Positions 27,240 to 54,813 of a DNA stretch of 64,000 nt are shown piece by piece. Origin of the DNA: the human T2T-CHM13v2.0 reference genome, Homo sapiens; NCBI RefSeq assembly GCF_009914755.1, contig NC_060931.1. One strand, 5' to 3'. The notes below the pieces were generated by a model. The model was not told the origin of the DNA. It was given only the letters and a program-made list of their open reading frames with translations, and ran no database searches. Each line of letters opens with the position of its first letter. The first letter of the stretch is position 1. The translations under genes and the position numbers were made by a program.

Positions 27240-27938
27240 TGTTTTGTTTTGTTTTGTTTGAGATAGGGTCTCACTCTCTTTTTCTTTTTTTTTTTTTTTT
27301 TTTGAGATGGAGTCCCGCTCTGTTGCCTAGGCTGGAGTGCAGTGGTACAATCTCAGCTCACTGCAACCTCTGCCTCCCGGGAGGTTTACCTGATCAGCTT
27401 GGAGAAACCCCGTCTCTACTAAAAATATAAAATTAGCCAGGTGTGGTGGTGAATGCCTTCAAGCAATTCTCCTGTCTCAGCCTCCTGAGTAGCTGGGACT
27501 ACAGGTGTCTGCCACCACGGCTGGCTAATTTTTGCATTTTTAGTAGAGACAGGGTTTCACCTTGTTGGTCAGGCTGGTCTCAAACTCCTGACCTTAGGTG
27601 ATCCACCCACCTCGGCCTCCCAAAGTGCTGGGATTACAGGCGTGAGCCACCGTGCCCGGCCATCTCACTCTCACTCTGTTGCCCAGGCTGGAATGCAGTG
27701 GCGCCATCTCGTTTCACTTCACTCTGGGCCTCCTGGACGCAGTGATCCTCCCACCTCAGTCTTCTGAGTAGATGGGACTGCAGGCATGTAGACACCAAGC
27801 CGGGCTCTTTTGTATTTTGTAGGCACGGGGTCTCCTCATGTTTCCGAGGCTGGTCACAAACTCCTGGGCTCAAGCGATCCACCTGTCTCAGCCTCCCAAA
27901 GTGCTGGGATTACAGGTGTGAGCCACTACACTTGGACC
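27240..27938 (-). mobile_element. Minus-strand Alus (27280-27661 with an inverted 70-bp Alu insert; AluJ 27665-27938)
   Basis: Alu consensus matches. Confidence 0.9.
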
Positions 27939-28638
27939 CATTTAAGTATTTCTTCAACAGTTATAAACAGGTAAATTCAAATCTGGGACTGCATTACTTC
28001 AATATTATGAATTCCATAGGTCCAAAAAGATTGGTGTTACACAACTAAAAACAACAGTGAATTTTACAATCATACAATCAAGGAAGGTTGTAAAGACCAA
28101 CACAGCTCAGTGTAAGGCATTTTATGAAAATAAATAAAAATCACACCAGAAAACCATGTGATCTCCTGATCTGTGAACACTGAAGTTTTTCTGTTAAAGT
28201 CACAACCTGACCCTCAAATATCTCTAATCTATGCCTCTGTGGAACGTTTACAAGTAGCCTTTTGTGACCTGCTTTTAAGCGACTTTGATGCCTGCTAACA
28301 AATGAGATGGCAGCAGCAAAAACTAATGGGACTTTTGAGAACACAAGTCTCCTGTGTGTGAAGCCTCGGCAGGCATTCTACATGTGGACCTTAATAAAAA
28401 AGCCATTTCTGCAAGGCTTCTTGGTATTTTCTTTGCAAAACTGTTTCAAACAAATCTGCTTGAGACAGTGCAATCATGGGGACTAGATACTGGATAAAAT
28501 ATAGTCAACAAAGGACCCTTGCCAGGAGTGGACACACTTGGCTAGTAGAAATTCAAATAAAAACTGAGAACTTCTAAATTTAACAATTAATTGAAAATAA
28601 GTAAAATCCAAGTGTTGGGCCAATAATAAACGAGATCA

Positions 28639-29163
<525 letters not shown>

Positions 29164-29559
29164 TTAAAACTATTATATTATATTGCTTCATGAAAATATT
29201 TCACAAATGGGGGAGGCAGGGAACATGTACACAAGTCAGGTGAAAAATACGGAAATGTCTGGGGGGTAATAATCCAAGGCTGAAATTCAAAGGAAAAAGT
29301 GCTAGAAAAGGATTTAGGGTGGCAGCAGGCAACACATCACACAGCAGTGTAGCTGGTATTAGAAAACAACACCAGAAAATGAAATAATCTTCTTTATATA
29401 TGCCAAGGAAAAGTCGCTTTGAGCTACTTATGTATGTGGTAGGCTGTTTCCTCCTCCCCTCTATCCAACAGTTCTATTTTTATACCTTAGAACCTGAGAT
29501 GTCGAGTCAAAAACACTCTTCTTTAACCTTTCATATATCTGTCAGTAATAGTTTATAGC

Positions 29560-32742
<3,183 letters not shown>

Positions 32743-32787
32743 TTCGATATTTTTTTAAAATCACCGTTCACTCAAGTACATGAACCT

Positions 32788-33167
32788 GGCCGGGTGCAGT
32801 GGCTCACACCTGTAATCCCAGCACTTTGGGAGGCCAAGGCAGGCAGATCCCCTGAGGTCAAAAGTTCGAGACCACCCAGGCCCACATGGAGAAACCCTCT
32901 CTCTATTTAAAATACAAAAATATTAGCCAGGTGTGGTAGTGTGCGCCTGCAATACCCGCTACTCCTGAGGCTGAGGCATGAGAATTACTTGAACTCAAGA
33001 GGCAGAGGTTGCAGTGAGATGAGGATATGCCACTGCACTCTGGCCTGGGTGACAGAGCCAGACCCTGTCTGTTAAAAAACTAAAAATAAGAAACCTGGGT
33101 TCAAGCAGTCCTCCCACCTCGGCTTCCCAAAGTGCTGAGAATACAAGCAAGAGCCACCATGCCTGGC
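32788..33167 (+). mobile_element. Alu (plus, 32788-33090) abutting a short minus-strand Alu head (33094-33167)
   Basis: Alu consensus matches. Confidence 0.9.
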
Positions 33168-33540
33168 TAACGGTTTTTAACACGAAAAGCATAAGTACCC
33201 AAAGAAAAAGATAAACTGAACACAACCAAAATTATGAGACCATAACTAACAGAATAAAATATTTGCAAACCATACATTTGATAAAGGAATTGTGTGTAGT
33301 ACACGTAAAGTACTATTATAATTCAATAATAAACAGTCAAATGGCTTAATTTAAATATGAATAGACAGTTCTCCAAAGAAAACATACAAATGGCCAAGAG
33401 GCACATGAAAAGAAGATAAATATCATTAGCCATCAAGATACCGGTTTACCACCAACTAGGAGGGATAAAATTTTTAAGATGGACATTAACAAGCATTGAC
33501 CAGGATGTAGAGAAACTGGACCTTTCTTTTTTTTTTTTTT

Positions 33541-33848
33541 CGGGGAAAACTGTGTATATTTATGCTTAAGTTTGATGAAAAATGGATAATTATGCAGAAG
33601 AATTACAACTGGAAGAAAACAGGGCATAATCTAATGGTAATAAATGGGGGAACTTAGCAAGTCCTGTTTGTTCAGATTCTTCTTGGTGTCCCTGTGTGAT
33701 ATTCCTTCCCTCCAAGTGTGGGGCACACCACCTGTCACAGGAAGGTCTTCAGGGGAGAAGAGAAGGGGAAGGTCAGAGACCTTTCTGCTTTTGCTGTTTT
33801 CTCAATTGCCAAGCTGCCATACTTTGGGGTAGCATTTCTTGTACCACT
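33541..33848 (-). mobile_element. MER31-like ERV1 LTR, 5' portion
   Basis: Minus strand: gctaccccaaagtatggcagcttggcaattgagaaaacagc...gaagaatctgaacaaacaggacttgctaagttcccc. Confidence 0.7.
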
Positions 33849-34091
33849 TTCTGGCCAAGGACTTGTATTTAATCCCAATATGCCAACCCCTGGAATCTCA
33901 GCCTTTCTCCATGTGCATCTTTCTTCCTCCATGTGTATTCACTTGAGGGCCTCTCATGCTTGTGACTGGCGGAAACTGGATCATTTGCTCTCCTCCTGCT
34001 TGGCTTTATTCCAACCTCTCTTGCTCCTCTCTGAGTTACACTCTGAGGAGTGTAACCACCTTCTGTTCTGATCCTGATCCTGGATGAGCTT

Positions 34092-34205
34092 AGAAAGAAT
34101 TCAGGACGCAGACACATGTGCGTGGGTTAAGGAGTGGAAAGTTTAATAGACAGAAGGAAGGAGAGAGAAGTGCAGCTCCTTGTGTGTGTGAGAGAGAGAC
34201 CTCAC
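34092..34205 (-). mobile_element. MER61-like ERV1 LTR R/U5 fragment
   Basis: Minus strand: gagctgcacttctctctccttccttctgtctattaaactttccactccttaaccc...tgtgtctgcgtcctgaatt. Confidence 0.55.
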
Positions 34206-34884
34206 AAAAAGAGAGAAACTGGACCTTTCATCCATTGGTACTGGGAATGTAAAAGGATGAAGCTGCTTTGGAAAGCTCTGGCAGTTCCTTTTAAAGTGAA
34301 GCATAGAGTTCACATTGGAACCAGTAGTTCCATTGCTTGGTATGTACCCAAGAAGAGTGAAAACACGTCCACACAAAAACTTCTACATAAATGACTATAG
34401 CATGATTCTTCATAGTAGTAAAAAAGTGAGGAGGGGTGGTGACAAATGGCAAACAACTGGAGGATATAGAAATAAAATGAGCTATATACATACATTGAAA
34501 CATTACTCAAGAAAAGTAGTGATATATGCTGCAACAGGGATAAACTTGGAAAAGATTATGCTAAGTGAAAGAAGTCCGTCACAAAGTATCATGTACTATA
34601 TGATGCCACTGTTTGAAATGTCTGGAATAGGCAAATCCAGAGACAGGAAGTACACTAGTGGTTGCCAAGGGCTGGGGTGAATGGAGGGATTGGGAAATGA
34701 CAGCTAAGGAGAACAGGGTTACTTCTTATGGTATTACCATAGAACATTTAGAAAATGTTCTAAAATTTATTGTCATGATAGATGCACATTGGTGAATGAA
34801 CTAAAAGCCATGGAATTGTACATTTTATTTTATTTATTTATTTATTTATTGAGATAAAGTCTCACTATGTTTGTTTGTTTGTTT

Positions 34885-35141
<257 letters not shown>

Positions 35142-35245
35142 TCAATGAGACTAGGGGAGCCAGTCATCAAAACTCATTGAATAATATACTTGTGATCTGA
35201 GTATTTCACAATATGTAAAATACACTTCAAAAACTAATGCCGCAA

Positions 35246-36208
<963 letters not shown>

Positions 36209-36231
36209 CTATCAAGACTATGCACCTCTGA

Positions 36232-37163
<932 letters not shown>

Positions 37164-37902
37164 CAGATTTCCTTTTAAATCATTCTGATTAATTTGCATT
37201 TTCCTTCATAACAAATTAATTTTGACTACACTTTGGCACATTGCCCTTGGATCATCAGTTGTACATAGGATTGTAATATACTTCTGCTATTACCATAAGC
37301 TAAAAGTTTCACTTAGAGGTAATTTTTGTGTTTGTACCTTCCCTGAAGGGTATTTTCTGCTGTTTCATATCTGGTACATAAATCTTTTTTCTTTTGTTCA
37401 CAGCTAGGTGGTCCCAGATTAGGGGATTCGGTTGTCATGCGTTAATTGGTTATCTTCTATTTTACTTTATCTCCATGGAGTTTCAGCATTGGGCTTCTTT
37501 TATTTGTATTAAGGTCCTGGTAAGATAAAGTTGTGTGGAAGACAAGAGCAGGAAAAGCAAGATAAAGAAGGAATGAAGTCTATGTCACATTCCCTTGGAA
37601 TTCTATGCCGAGTTAGCCGCAGTCCCTAATACCTATTTATTTTTCCAACATCCCAGTTACCACAGCCACATTTTACCATACAGTAACCCGACTCCAACTT
37701 TCTCAAACCAAAATTAACCATTTTACTTCACTGTGCAATAGGACATTGATCTAGTTTAAGTGAGAGTATAAACTAGATTTTATGAGTAGAGTGACACAAG
37801 AAGCCATAAGCATTTTTCACTATTACTTAAAAGGTTTTACTCCTTTACTCTTAAAAACTCAAGAGGTACCATTTCTATGCACCCCCAACCCCAAAATTCA
37901 AA

Positions 37903-38523
37903 GCCGGGTATGGTAACTAATGCCTGTAATCCCAATGCCTCAAGAGGATCACTTGGGCCCAGGAGTTTGAGGCTGCAGTGAGCCATAATTGCACTACTCG
38001 CATGCCTATAGTCCCAGCTACTGAGGAGGCTGAGGCAGAAGAATCACTTGAACCTCGGAGGTGGAGGTTGTGGTAAGCTGACATCGTGCCATTGCACTAC
38101 AGCCTGGGCAACAAGAGTGAGACTCTGTCTCAAAAAAAAAAAAAAAAAAAAAAAAGATCCTCAGTGGATGCTAAAAACCAATCAGAATTAACAGTATATT
38201 GGCATAGTCTTAATCTATCTTCTCAGGCTGGGCTTGGTAGGGTGTCCTTGAATCCCCAGCACTTTGGGAGGCTGAGGCAGAAGGATCGCTTGAGGCTGGA
38301 AGTTCGAGACCAGACGGGGCAATATAACCAGACTCCATCTCTGTAAAAAAGTTTAAAAATTATCTGGGCATGGTGACATGCACCTGTAATCCCAGCAATT
38401 TGGGAGGCTGAATCGAGAGGATCATGTGAGCCCGAGTGTTTGAGACTGCAATGAGCTGTCATTGAGCTACTGCACTACAGCCAGGGTGAGAGTGAGACCA
38501 TGTCTCATTAAAAAAAAAAAAAA
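37903..38523 (+). mobile_element. Composite Alu (37903-38156) and AluJ (38226-38523)
   Basis: Alu consensus matches. Confidence 0.88.
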
Positions 38524-38534
38524 ACTTCTCAAAA

Positions 38535-39100
38535 GATTGCTTAGTTACAAAATGAAAGACTAACTTAGTACTGGAGAAACCTGGCAGATACCACCTTAAC
38601 CAAGTGATCTGTTAAGGTCACAAATTGACTTATGTGTCTCCAGACAAGATGCTGCAGTGATCACAAACTCACTTCTGTGGTATTCTTGTGACAACGCATA
38701 ACTTGAATGTAATCATCAGCAAATGCAAAACTCAATTTGAGGGAAATTCTACAAAAAATAGCTGACCTGTACTCTTGGAAAATATCAGGTTGAAAAGACT
38801 AAAGAGACATAGCAACTGAATGCAATGCATAATGAGCATCTGATGTATAAGGTATTAGGACAATTGGTGAAATCTGAATAGGTTCTGATGAGTAAATTAG
38901 ATAACAGCATTGTATTAATGTTAATTTCCTTATCAGGAGATTAATAATAGCATTGTATCAATGTTAATTTCCTTATCAGTACATTAGATAATAATATCAT
39001 CGTGTCAATGTTCATTTCCTTAATTTGATGATTGTACAGTAAGTTAAGTAAGATGTCCTTATTTACAGGAAATACTCTAGCAAGGAGTTTAAGAAACACT
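38535..39100 (+). mobile_element. L1MC/ME 3' UTR fragment with a ~43-bp unit triplicated at 38896-39022
   Basis: ggagaaacctggcagataccaccttaaccaagtgatc; agcattgtat(t/c)aatgttaatttccttatcag repeated. Confidence 0.75.
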
Positions 39101-39107
39101 GTTCTTG

Positions 39108-39661
39108 GGCCGGGTACGGTGCCTCACACCTGTAATCCCAGCACTTTGGGAGGCTGAGGCGGGTGGATCATGAGGTCAGGAGTTCAAGACCAGCCTGGCC
39201 AACATGGTGAAACCCCATCTCTACTAAAAATACAAAAATTAGCTGGGTGTGGTGGCGCCACCTGTAGTCCCAGCTACTCAGGAGGCTGAGGCAGGATAAT
39301 CTCTTTTTTTTTTTTTTTTTTTTTTTTGAGATAGAGTCTCACTCTATCACCCAGGCTGGAGTGTAGTGGCACAATCTTGCCTCACTGCAACCTCTGCCAC
39401 CCAGGTTCAACCAATTCTCCTGCCTCAGCCTCCTGAGTAGCTGGGATTACAGGTGCCTGCCACCGCGCCGGCTAACTTTTGTATTTTTAGTAGAGACGGG
39501 GTTTCACCATCTTGGCCAGGCTGGTCTTGAACTCCTGACCTCGTGAGAGGCAGTATAATCTCTTGAACCTGGGAGGCAGAGGTTGCAGTGAGCCGAGATC
39601 ATGCCACTGTACTCCAGCCTGGGGGATAGAGCGAGACTTTATCTCAAAAAAAAAAAAAAAA
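39108..39661 (+). mobile_element. Alu containing an oppositely oriented 5'-truncated Alu (39306-39546)
   Basis: TSD gaggcag(g/t)ataatctctt at 39288-39305 and 39547-39564. Confidence 0.92.
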
Positions 39662-39800
39662 TCACCATTCTGAAACTTACTCTCAAAGAATTCAGGATAA
39701 AAACTATGTGTGGAGAGAGAGAGAAAAAAATAACCCTGAGGGAAGGGTATAAGGCTGTGTACTATCTGTACAGCTTTCCTATTGTTTAAAAATTATGCCA

Positions 39801-40530
39801 GGCTGGGCACGTTGGCTCACCCCTGTAATCCCAGCACTTCAGGAGGCTGAGGTGGGCAGATCAGTAGGTCAGGAGTTTGAGACCAGCCTGGCCAACATGG
39901 TGAAACTCAGACTCTACTAAAAATACAAAAATGAGCCAGGTGTGGTGGCCCATGCCTATAATGCCAGCTACTCAGGAGGCTGAGGCAGGAGAATTGCTTG
40001 AACCCGGGAGGTGGATGTTGCGGTGAGCCGAGATCGCACCACTTCACTCTAGCATGGGCAAAAGAGTAAAACTCAAAACAAACAAACAAACAAAAAAATT
40101 ATGCCATAAAAATGTTAAATTGTTTATGAAACACAAGAAAAAAGTAAGAACGGCTGGATGCGATGGCTCACGCCTGTAAGCCCAGGAGTTTAGGAGGCAA
40201 GGTGGGTGGATTGCTTGAGCTCAGGAGTTCGAGACCATCCTGGGCAACATGACAAAACCCTGTCTCTACAAAATATACTAAAATTAGCCAGGTGTGGTGG
40301 CACGTGCCTGTAATCCCAGCTACTCGGGAGGCTCAGGCACAAGAATTGCTTGAACCTGGGAGGTGGAGAATGCAGTGAGCATGCCTGTAGTCCTCTACTC
40401 AGGTGGCTGAGGCACAAGAATCGCTTGAACCTGGGAGGTGAAGGTTATATTGCAGAGAGCTGAGATTGTGACACTGCACTCCACCCTGGGTGACAGGGCA
40501 AGACTCTTGTCTCCAAAAAATAAATAAATA
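39801..40530 (+). mobile_element. Two Alus; the second has an internal right-arm duplication
   Basis: aggcacaagaat(t/c)gcttgaacctgggaggtg occurs twice. Confidence 0.9.
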
Positions 40531-41820
40531 AGTGAGAAGAAAGGATGCTTTTTCATTTCAGAATTCAGCAAATCACATTTCTTGGGCAGTGAACTTGACT
40601 GAGTTTCCTGAAAAGTCAGGACAGAAATAAATACATTTTTTCCTTTCTCCACTTTTGAAGGAAAACACAGTACTTATACTGTCTTATTTCTGACCATGAA
40701 TACAACATGAATTAATCTTCATTATTTCCCCCTAGAAATTCTATTGAGCAGAAATGAGCTGTTAGAACTTGTAGTATAATGGTATCATTTGTGATCATGT
40801 ATAGCATCTTAGAAAATGTGGCCCAACTAAATCAGCATGGTCAGCATGGTCCTAAGTTGTTTTAGTGAAGTGATCAAACATCAGAGGCTTTAAATAAACC
40901 CTGAACAGGTGGATTAGATTTCTGATGGAATGTTCCAATCTTCAGTTCAGCTATTTTACACTATTCTTTAAGTGAGAGCATAAACCAGATTTCATGGGTG
41001 GAGGGACAAAATTAACATTTTGAAATAGCTTCTACTTATCTTAATCAGCAAATAACCTTCAAATAAGGTTCACCAAAATACTTCAACCCAGTAATGTTTT
41101 TTGAACGCTTCCCCATTGCTCTATTATACCACTACTTTTTTTTTCTTGTTGTTTTTGCAATGAGCCAATGATTAAGGCATTCTTTTTTCTTTCATTCCCT
41201 GATACCACCTGGGGTGGATGCAGCAGATCAATTTAACCTCTGAGTTTACCCAACTGCAATATTTTTTCCAATCTGCTAATCTCCTCCAATTAGGAGCTTT
41301 GGACAGTCTCCAACAAAGACTCCAACAGTTAAACATAGATTGGACAACCTACTTGAAACTTACTGAAATTTAGTGTCAGTTACCCAAATCAATTGACCTT
41401 CAAATCAAAACATTTTATTAAAAAATGGAACAAGTAGTCTATGCAATCATCATCAAAAAGAAAGATAACTTTTCTGTAGGTTTGGGTTCTTTTAAGTGTA
41501 AAATGTCAGAGAAAAATTAATCAAATTAAAATAAATGTATTAAATATGTATCTTGATTTGCCATAGCAATTAATTACAGAGAACATCAAGGCTGGCCCAA
41601 TAATTTGAGAAAGTAGTTTTTCCTTTATACCAAGATGTCATCACACAAATTTTGTAGTTCTGACTTAACTAAAGTTAAGGTATAATGTGTATGAATTCAA
41701 TTATTCATTAAAGAGATAAATGTATTGAGTTGTAACACAAGATATTCTGTTAGACACTGTGGAGAACAAAAAGGTGAATACTACTCAACCCTTAAATGAT
41801 TTGTAACAAATAATAAAAGC

Positions 41821-42541
41821 AGCCGGGAGCGGTGGGTCATGCCTAAATTCTGGTCTAAGGTGGACAGATCAGTTGAGCTCAAGAGTTTGGGACCAGCCTG
41901 GGCAACATGGAGAAACCCTGTCTCTGTGAAAAATATAAAAATTAGCTGGGCATGGTGGTGTGCACCTGTAGTCCCAGCTACTTGGGAGACTGAGGTGGGA
42001 GGATCACTTGAGCCTGGGAGGTGAGGCTGCAGCGAGCCGAGATCACGCCACTGCACTCCAGCCTGAGTGACAATGTCAGACTCTGTCTCATAAACAAAAA
42101 AAACAAAAAAGACACACACATAGAATAATAAAGGCAACTAAAAACCTAACCAAATTAACAGGCTATAAAGGACTTTATTTTATTTTTTAGTTTTGAGACA
42201 GGATCTCACCAAGTTGCCCATGCTGGTCTCAAACTCCAGGGATCAGTGGATTCTCCAACCTTAGCCTCCCAAACTGCTGGGATTATAGGTGTGAACCACC
42301 ACATACAGTCAGTTTTTAATTTAATTTTATTACTATTTTTTGAGGCAGGATCTTTTCTCTGTCAAGCAGGCTGCAGTGCAGTGGTATAATCGTGACTCAC
42401 TGCAGCTTTGAACTCCAGGACTCAATCCATTCTCCCACCTCAGCCTCCTGCGTAGCTGGAACTACAGGCACACGCCACCACACCTGGCTAAGCTTTGTAT
42501 TTTTTTGTAGAGATGGGGTTTCACCATGTTTTCCAGACTGG
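41821..42541. mobile_element. AluJ (41821-42110 plus), monomer (42175-42310 minus) and partial AluJ (42335-42541 minus)
   Basis: Alu consensus matches. Confidence 0.88.
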
Positions 42542-42565
42542 TGGATTTATAATCATAACAAAAAC

Positions 42566-42797
42566 AATAACAATTATAGCTACCATTTATTGAACATCCA
42601 CTATATGTGGGATAAATTCAGTCAATTATAAATTGTGTAATCTACCAAACAAACTTTGGGTTATTGTTCCCATTTTACAAATTATGAAAATAATTCTCAG
42701 AGAGTTCAACTAAATTTCCTGAGGTCACAGTGAGTAAATGGAAGGAGCAGAGCTTAAACCTAGGACTGTGTGACATTAAAGGTCATGCTGCTTCCAC
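42566..42797 (-). mobile_element. MIR
   Basis: atagctaccatttattgaaca...cccattttacaaat...gaggtcacag...tggaaggagcagagctt. Confidence 0.8.
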
Positions 42798-42808
42798 TGG
42801 TGATGCTA

Positions 42809-46594
<3,786 letters not shown>

Positions 46595-46600
46595 ATTTAT

Positions 46601-46999
<399 letters not shown>

Positions 47000-47026
47000 T
47001 TATAAATATATAGAGATGGGGCTTTG

Positions 47027-47028
<2 letters not shown>

Positions 47029-47078
<50 letters not shown>
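47029..47078. repeat. Perfect (TA)n microsatellite, about 25 units
   Basis: Direct reading. Confidence 0.97.
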
Positions 47079-47080
<2 letters not shown>

Positions 47081-47237
47081 ACTAAACTCCTAGAATAAGT
47101 TTAGTGCTTAATATCTGGTTTCCTAGAATTATGAAAATAATCTATACTTTAAGCAAATTCATGTGACATCACTAAATTTTACATACGATGATAAAAACTT
47201 CAGAAGTACAGAAAAGGAGTTACTATTTAAAACTACA

Positions 47238-48460
<1,223 letters not shown>

Positions 48461-48779
48461 ATTAAGATCCAAACAAAAATTAAATAAAGTTATTAGTTGT
48501 CTCTTTTTATCTGGCTCGTGAGAATATATTCTAGTCAGTAAATGGGGAGCTATACAGTAAGGAAAGTACAACTCAGAAATGGTATGAATCCGGCACTGTC
48601 AAAACACAAACACTGTATCAGATAAGCCTAAGTATTCAAGACACAAGGCATATGTTCTTTTGTGGACTAGGAAAAATTCAAGACTTTTTTTTTTTTAATA
48701 GCCTGCATGAAATTTTCCTTAAACCCCTCTAACTCCATTTGGCTTTTATTCACTCTGATTCTCTGTTTGGGAACATTCC

Positions 48780-49100
48780 TAGAAATCACAGAATGGATAT
48801 GAGTCTTGACTCACTGTAAATATACACGTTCCAGTGATAAACGAATGCCTGCGTATGAGCTGGCTTAGTGAGAACTCAGCCCTGAAATCCAGTCTGATCA
48901 TCTCCAGGCAAAATGCTGTATTACAGTTTCTGGGTATACAAACCAGAAGCCCACATGTGTCTTTGATTGTATGAATAAACACTGATGGATGTGCACACGT
49001 CCTTAACAGTTTTTGCCAGTTTATGACAAAATGAGTTCAATAAAGACCATGTGCTGTCATAAAACTAAATTATTGAATTTATATGACCTTCCTGTGTTCT
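48780..49100. promoter_or_regulatory. Candidate enhancer (AP-1, forkhead and HOX/MEIS-like motifs)
   Basis: TGACTCA at 48807-48813; TGTAAATA at 48815-48822; inverted TTTATGACA pair; motif evidence only. Confidence 0.3.
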
Positions 49101-49467
49101 GACATTATCTTCTTCCCATTTTTAAAAATTAAAGCTGGTATCCCTTTGTGAATACTTTCAACTCCCACTCTGAATTTTTTCCTCACTGGCCCATTAAATC
49201 CAGAAGTCTGGGATTAGTTGCTGGGATTATACAGGAACTATCAAAATTGCATGGCTTTTTTTTTTTTTTCCTGAAGGATGGTCAAGCTTAGTATTTGATC
49301 TAGCAACATTTGCAACATGTTGCTACAAGTAATGGAATGTTGCATTATAACCATCTGTTTAAAAACTTTAAAGAAATTACCAATGATTTATCTTACTAAC
49401 TGAAACAAAATTATAGATAAATAAGCAGAAGAAAATTTTAGCAACTATGTCATCTTTCATTTATAGG

Positions 49468-52480
<3,013 letters not shown>

Positions 52481-52489
52481 AACCTCTGA

Positions 52490-53293
<804 letters not shown>

Positions 53294-53304
53294 GGTTTTG
53301 TATG

Positions 53305-53416
53305 AACAACTTTATTGAGATATAATTTACATACCATAATATTTACCCTCTCACAGTACACAATTCCACAGCTTTGAGTATCATAACAGAGTCATGTTAT
53401 CATCACCACTATCTAA
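53305..53416 (-). mobile_element. L1MB-like 3' terminus
   Basis: aactttattgagatataatttacataccataa...catcaccactatctaatt. Confidence 0.8.
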
Positions 53417-53461
53417 TTTGATTGTTTGATTGATTGACTGGACTTTGGAGATCCTTTATTG

Positions 53462-53595
53462 CTCCCACACAGGGAAATTGAAACCTAGAGAAATTGAGTG
53501 ATTGCCCAAGGTCACCTGGCTGACTAATGACAAAAAAACTGAGCTGGAATCCAGGACTTTAGTTCTCAGTCCAGAGCTCTGCCAACCACAGCATT
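53462..53595 (-). mobile_element. MIR
   Basis: gggaaattgaaacctagagaaattgagtgattgcccaaggtcac...gagctggaatccaggac. Confidence 0.75.
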
Positions 53596-53669
53596 TCAGA
53601 TTTCTACTTCGATGATGCCCTGGTTTTTTATTTAGTCCTATAAGTTAAAGATATACTTGGTTAGCCAAT

Positions 53670-54281
<612 letters not shown>

Positions 54282-54813
54282 CTGCCAAAGATTTTTATAA
54301 CCCCCATAAAGCATTCTCCCTTCTCTAGAAAACCACTTTTTTTTCCTCTAACAGTTTTGTGACCCAACTTAATTTTAGAAAAACAAAAATAAAAACACTG
54401 TGCTTTGCTGTAGGAACCTATTAAAAAAAATGCCATTGCCTTGAAAATGGACAGTGGGTAAAGCCTGACATAAATCCTGTAAAGGGAAAAAAGGATGAAG
54501 AAGCTGAGGTCCCCAAATCACCCAGCTTCATGACTGATGGTGCTAACATTTGTTGACTGACATGGAAGATTCTAGTAGTTGTTTGTCTGTAGACTCAGAA
54601 GCTTCTTTGAGCTGGAAGGAACCTTGGTAATTGTCTACGAGGAAACAGAGCCCCAGAAAAAGCAAGCCTTGTGACCAGAGTCATGGGGCAGAGCTAGGGC
54701 AGAAACACGTGCCTTCCGATCCTTAGCCTGATGATGTTCTAGGACAGAATGTTTTCAAGGATCCAAGGAAAAGGCTTTTCATTTAAATTGAGTGAGCGCA
54801 AATTGAGAAGTTA

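Larger units (their letters stand above)
33527..34211 (-). mobile_element. Retroposed poly(A)+ chimeric sequence: MER61-like LTR piece, unique segment and MER31-like LTR piece
   Basis: Perfect 18-bp TSD agagaaactggacctttc (33509-33526 and 34212-34229); T14 at 33527-33540; no L1 or Alu sequence inside. Confidence 0.85.
33185..34830 (+). mobile_element. L1MB/ME-like 3' region, split by a TSD-flanked insert
   Basis: aaaatatttgcaaaccatacat; gaatagacagttctccaaagaa; attatgctaagtgaaagaag; agtggttgccaagggctgggg. Confidence 0.8.

Noticed and set aside
28141-28344. 67-aa ORF in unique sequence
   Set aside because: No recognisable homology, ATG start or convincing splice context.
34315-34680. 121-aa ORF
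   Set aside because: Decayed L1 ORF2 C-terminus and 3' UTR.
40540-40635. Minus-strand acceptor-like site (ctgacttttcag)
   Set aside because: No matching donor before the adjacent Alu, and the peptide is unrecognised.
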